From: Camelus ferus
Lineage: Eukaryota
Reading direction: 5' to 3'
Length of the DNA stretch: 64,000 bases
Assembly (NCBI RefSeq): GCF_009834535.1
Contig: NC_045697.1
Span: 89,778,001-89,842,000, forward strand
Below, piece after piece: positions 63,605-64,000 of the stretch (position 1 is the first letter of the stretch; the number at the start of each line of letters is the position of its first letter). The position numbers were made by a program, and so were the translations under genes. Under the pieces are notes generated by a model. The model had not been told where the DNA came from. It saw nothing but the letters and a program-made list of their open reading frames with translations, and searched no databases.

Positions 63605-63948
63605 ATTTGTCTTTGAACTGTAACAAACTCTAGGTGGTGGAACAACAATGCTAATAATATGAGTACAGGTAAATGGATTTGATAAAAAATTAAGCGCTCA
63701 CAGAATGATTTTTATTCCTGTTAAACATTCTTTGGTAGTTTTCAACATTAAAACACTGTGAAAAGATAAAGCATGCTTTATTTCAAAACTAACTATAGAA
63801 ACCAGGCTATAGTTCATCAGTAATGCTTTCCAGATTAATTGGTATTTTGTTTTGAGGACAAAATTGTGCTGTTCACTTTTTTCACTTAGCAGTACAAACA
63901 CTGAGGTATGAAATAGGGACTTTTGGCACACTGTGGACACAGATGTGC
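63605..63948 (-). pseudogene. Decayed exon, VWA3-type vWA domain
   Basis: KSLFHTSVFVLLSEKSEQHNFVLKTKYQLIWKALLMNYSLVSIVSF...SFHSVLMLKTTKECLTGIKIIL*AL resembles recalled VWA3A LFGTVLESKVCILLD...QVKTELVLLIWEQL...LLSF...SWQDTLVETT...SILQAL. GTAAGT donor next to 63605; one stop. Confidence 0.7.
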
Positions 63949-64000
63949 CTGATCTAGTTTAATTAAAAAATAATGACTTACAAATGTAAACATCTTAGAA

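Larger units (their letters stand above)
253..63948 (-). pseudogene. Large multi-exon decayed gene of the VWA3A/VWA3B family (repeated WL..HGL repeat + vWA + DUF4537 modules); candidate unitary pseudogene extending beyond the window
   Basis: About 30 minus-strand segments, most with AG acceptor and/or GT donor, in one orientation and in a coherent module order. Translations match recalled VWA3A/VWA3B motifs by eye. Most contain in-frame stops or frameshifts. Confidence 0.75.

Noticed and set aside
253..63948. Calling the locus VWA3A or VWA3B
   Set aside because: Similarity is motif-level only, mixed between the two paralogues, with many more modules than either gene has.
1..64000. CRISPR arrays, tRNA/rRNA genes, prokaryotic operons
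   Set aside because: None seen; the sequence is mammalian and repeat-rich.

Overview
AT-rich mammalian genomic DNA with one 100-N assembly gap. The young L1 3' ends look camelid-type and I saw no Alu, BovB/Bov-A, PRE1 or SINEC, so a camel/alpaca genome is a tentative guess. I found no intact protein-coding gene. Main observation: the minus strand carries about 30 decayed exon-like segments across the whole window (about 253-63948, probably continuing past both edges). Their translations repeatedly resemble the three building blocks of VWA3A/VWA3B: the 'SS..WL..HGLK..KL(T/S)L..(I/V)L' repeat, the VWA3-type vWA domain and the Tudor-like DUF4537 domain. Most segments have splice signals, and most carry stops or frameshifts. 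The module count (roughly 9-12 vWA, about 5 DUF4537) and the low identity suggest the fossil of a giant, separate VWA3-family paralogue rather than VWA3A or VWA3B itself. All protein comparisons are by eye against recalled human sequences, not database searches, and exon ends are approximate. The introns hold L1, L2, MIR, Tigger1, MER5A, MER58A, MER21-like, MLT1 and MLT2/ERVL copies, a young solo LTR, an ATP5PD processed pseudogene, a second unidentified retrocopy and a GC-rich C2H2 zinc-finger gene fragment.
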